The notes under the pieces were generated by a model. That model did not search any database, was not told the origin of the DNA, and worked only from the letters and a program-made list of their open reading frames with translations. The translations under genes and the position numbers were made by a program. Below are positions 61,071-64,000 of a DNA stretch of 64,000 nucleotides, one piece after another. Position 1 is the stretch's first letter; each line of letters starts with the position of its first letter. Source of the stretch: Ranitomeya imitator. Taxonomy: Eukaryota. The DNA lies in the NCBI RefSeq assembly GCF_032444005.1, contig NC_091282.1, positions 695,516,001 to 695,580,000 on the forward strand. The letters run 5' to 3'.

Positions 61071-61835
61071 TACACACTGAATGGGAAACCACTGGGTAAA
61101 TCTGACAGGGAGAAGGACTTGGGGATCCTAGTTAATGATAAACTTACCTGGAGCAGCCAGTGCCAGGCAGCAGCTGCCAAGGCAAACAGGATCATGGGGT
61201 GCATTAAAAGAGGTCTGGATACACATGATGAGAGCATTATACTGCCTCTGTACAAATCCCTAGTTAGACCGCACATGGAGTACTGTGTCCAGTTTTGGGC
61301 ACCGGTGCTCAGGAAGGATATAATGGAACTAGAGAGAGTACAAAGGAGGGCAACAAAATTAATAAAGGGGATGGGAGAACTACAATACCCAGATAGATTA
61401 GCGAAATTAGGATTATTTAGTCTAGAAAAAAGACGACTGAGGGGCGATCTAATAACCATGTATAAGTATATAAGGGGACAATACAAATATCTCGCTGAGG
61501 ATCTGTTTATACCAAGGAAGGTGACGGGCACAAGGGGGCATTCTTTGCGTCTGGAGGAGAGAAGGTTTTTCCACCAACATAGAAGAGGATTCTTTACTGT
61601 TAGGGCAGTGAGAATCTGGAATTGCTTGCCTGAGGAGGTGGTGATGGCGAACTCAGTCGAGGGGTTCAAGGGAGGCCTGGATGTCTTCCTGGAGCAGAAC
61701 AATATTGTATCATACAATTAGGTTCTGTAGAAGGACGTAGATCTGGGGATTTATTATGATGGAATATAGGCTGAACTGGATGGACAAATGTCTTTTTTCG
61801 GCCTTACGAACTATGTTACTATGTTACTATGTTAC
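61071..61835 (+). mobile_element. CR1 3' fragment, nearly identical to 51276-52040, sense orientation in a PTGR2 intron
   Basis: I count about 5 differences over ~765 bp (four substitutions, one 3-bp indel); same tail repeat. Confidence 0.95.
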
Positions 61836-62641
61836 TTTGCTCATTATACATAAATATGAAAATAGAATAATTGACAATATTTATTTAATAAACTTTAGGT
61901 CTTTTTACGCTGGCCGTTACTTTTCAGAATGAATGTTTCTAGGAACTGTCTTTTCCCATATAAACATGGCTGGCAATCCACTTGCAAACAAGCAAATGCG
62001 CATTTGTTGGCACCATAGCCCCGTATGTGCTGACGAAAGAATTGAAAACTGTATGAGGATGAACAATTGTACAAACTATCGTTACGCCCCATACATTTTA
62101 CACAATGTTGATATTTGCTCCAAGTAAATGGAGCTAAATGGTCACCGATCCTCTTGCTACATGATTCATCAGTGCTGGTTTCAGGCAGAAAATGTGTCCT
62201 TGTAAATAGGCTCATTCCTTTCTTGGTGCCGTATCATTGACTGCTGTCTAATACTTATCTCTTGACCATTTGTAAGTCCCAGTGCAAATTTTCATCAATC
62301 CTGTCAATTACATTTATGGTCTTAGAAAACCAGGACTGATGGCAAGCAGGCACTCAAAGCTAGACTTGGTGTGGATCGATTTGCATTGTGAGTTACTGCA
62401 GCAGCATCCCCCTCCTCTCCCCTACCTGCCTAGTATTTGCTGTATTAAGTAAAGCTAGGTTTTGACTGAATGTTACTTCGGCAGACTATTATCTCTCCCG
62501 ACTTCCCATACGCTTGGCTTGGCCTAAAGTTCAAGTGTATCAGCTGGAGAGAGTATAGCCACTGCCAGAGGGGTCTCATCTCCCCTTAAAACAAAGGATT
62601 GAGCACCGAAATTCCAAGTGCTGAATCCTTCTCTTGCGTAA

Positions 62642-62965
<324 letters not shown>

Positions 62966-63652
62966 TGACGCAACCTGTGCAGCCGCATAGGGACCCAAGA
63001 GGCGAGGGCGCTACTAACACATTCAAAAGCATTGGAATTGTGCAGTATGAGGAGCTATTGAACTGTAGACGTTACCCCAGTGTACATGGGGACCCTTATA
63101 GGGAACATGTAATTTATTTATTTATTTTATACCTGAGTGGTATAAATGCTTCTCTCCTAAGAAAAACGTTACATTTTTTGTAGAGATCGGATGTGTCAGT
63201 CATCAGGAATCTAGTGTAGAAGTCATGGGTTGGAAGTGCACTAGGGGCGTGTCAATCAGTAGGTGGAGGTAGTTCAAGTGCAGTGACACCCCCCCAGTGC
63301 ACTTCCAGCCTGACTTTCCTTTGACTTCTATGCTAGATTTCTTATGACTGGCACATCGGATTTTTGAAAAAAAAAAAGTGTTCTTTTTACAAGGGAATAA
63401 GCGCCTATACAGCCATATCACTACTTTTAGATGTAAAAAAAAAAAAAAACCTCATTGACACATTCCCTTTAAATCCTGCTCTGCCTGAAGTATCTACCCA
63501 CAGGCTAAAAGGGATCACTGAGAAAAACAAAGCTGCCACTTTATTTATTACATTTTGCAGGAATTTTATTTTTATTTTTCTGTAGTGGGAAAACATTTGT
63601 AAATCTTTCCTCTGTGCAAAAAAACCCCAGAATATTGCAAAATATATATATA

Positions 63653-64000
63653 CTAGCTGAAGAGCCCGGCGTTGCCTGGGCATAGTAAATATCTGTGGTT
63701 AGTTATAGCACCTCACTTCTCTTATTTTCCCATCACGCCTCTCATTTTCCCAATCACATCTCTCATTTTCTCCCTCACTCCTCTCATTCCCCCCTAACAC
63801 TTGTCATTTCAACCTCACATCTGTCATTTTCTGATCACTCCACTATTTTTCCTCACTCCTCTCATTTTGCACTCACACCTTTTCATTTTCACCTCACACC
63901 TCTCATTTTCACCTCATCACCTCAGTATATACATGTTTGTCATCTCCCTTATATATAGTATACATCTGTATGTCATCTCCTGTATATAGTATATACCTGT
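63653..64000 (-). mobile_element. 3' end of a non-autonomous Helitron, extending beyond the window
   Basis: On the minus strand: GC hairpin (63665-63680, CCCGGC-GTT-GCCTGGG), an 8-nt spacer, then CTAG followed by T. Pyrimidine-rich tandem repeats lie inside. Confidence 0.7.

Noticed and set aside
62027-62060. Second hammerhead core (CTGACGA...GAAA)
   Set aside because: No credible stem II (lacks the G-C closing pair) and no stem I/III pairing.

Overview
Repeat-dense vertebrate genomic DNA, almost certainly from a frog. The MITE families look like those of hyloid/poison-frog genomes, which is an inference from recall. There are four N gaps. The one host gene I can identify is PTGR2 (prostaglandin reductase 2, + strand). 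It has a probable non-coding exon 1 in a small CpG-rich promoter near 53.0 kb and three coding exons (56330-56366, 58692-58810, 62684-62875; 37/119/192 nt, phases consistent), and it continues past the window end. The rest is a layered transposon landscape: six Tc1/mariner copies, including two adjacent copies with intact DD34E ORFs and a DD35E element nested in another Tc1; two >99% identical CR1 LINE copies, one with a 21-bp target duplication and a 5' fold-back junction; a 4.7-kb non-autonomous piggyBac carrying telomere-like and ~385-bp tandem arrays; hAT elements with 8-bp TSDs; a solo LTR; a Helitron end; Penelope-like remnants, one with a hammerhead-ribozyme core in PTGR2 intron 1; and dozens of palindromic PIF/Harbinger (TWA) and Kolobok/T2 (TTAA) MITEs that stack head-to-tail at shared target sites. 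Most ORFs in the supplied track are artefacts of palindromes or tandem repeats. A few strong splice-site pairs upstream of PTGR2 may mark an unidentified gene or pseudogene, but this is weak.
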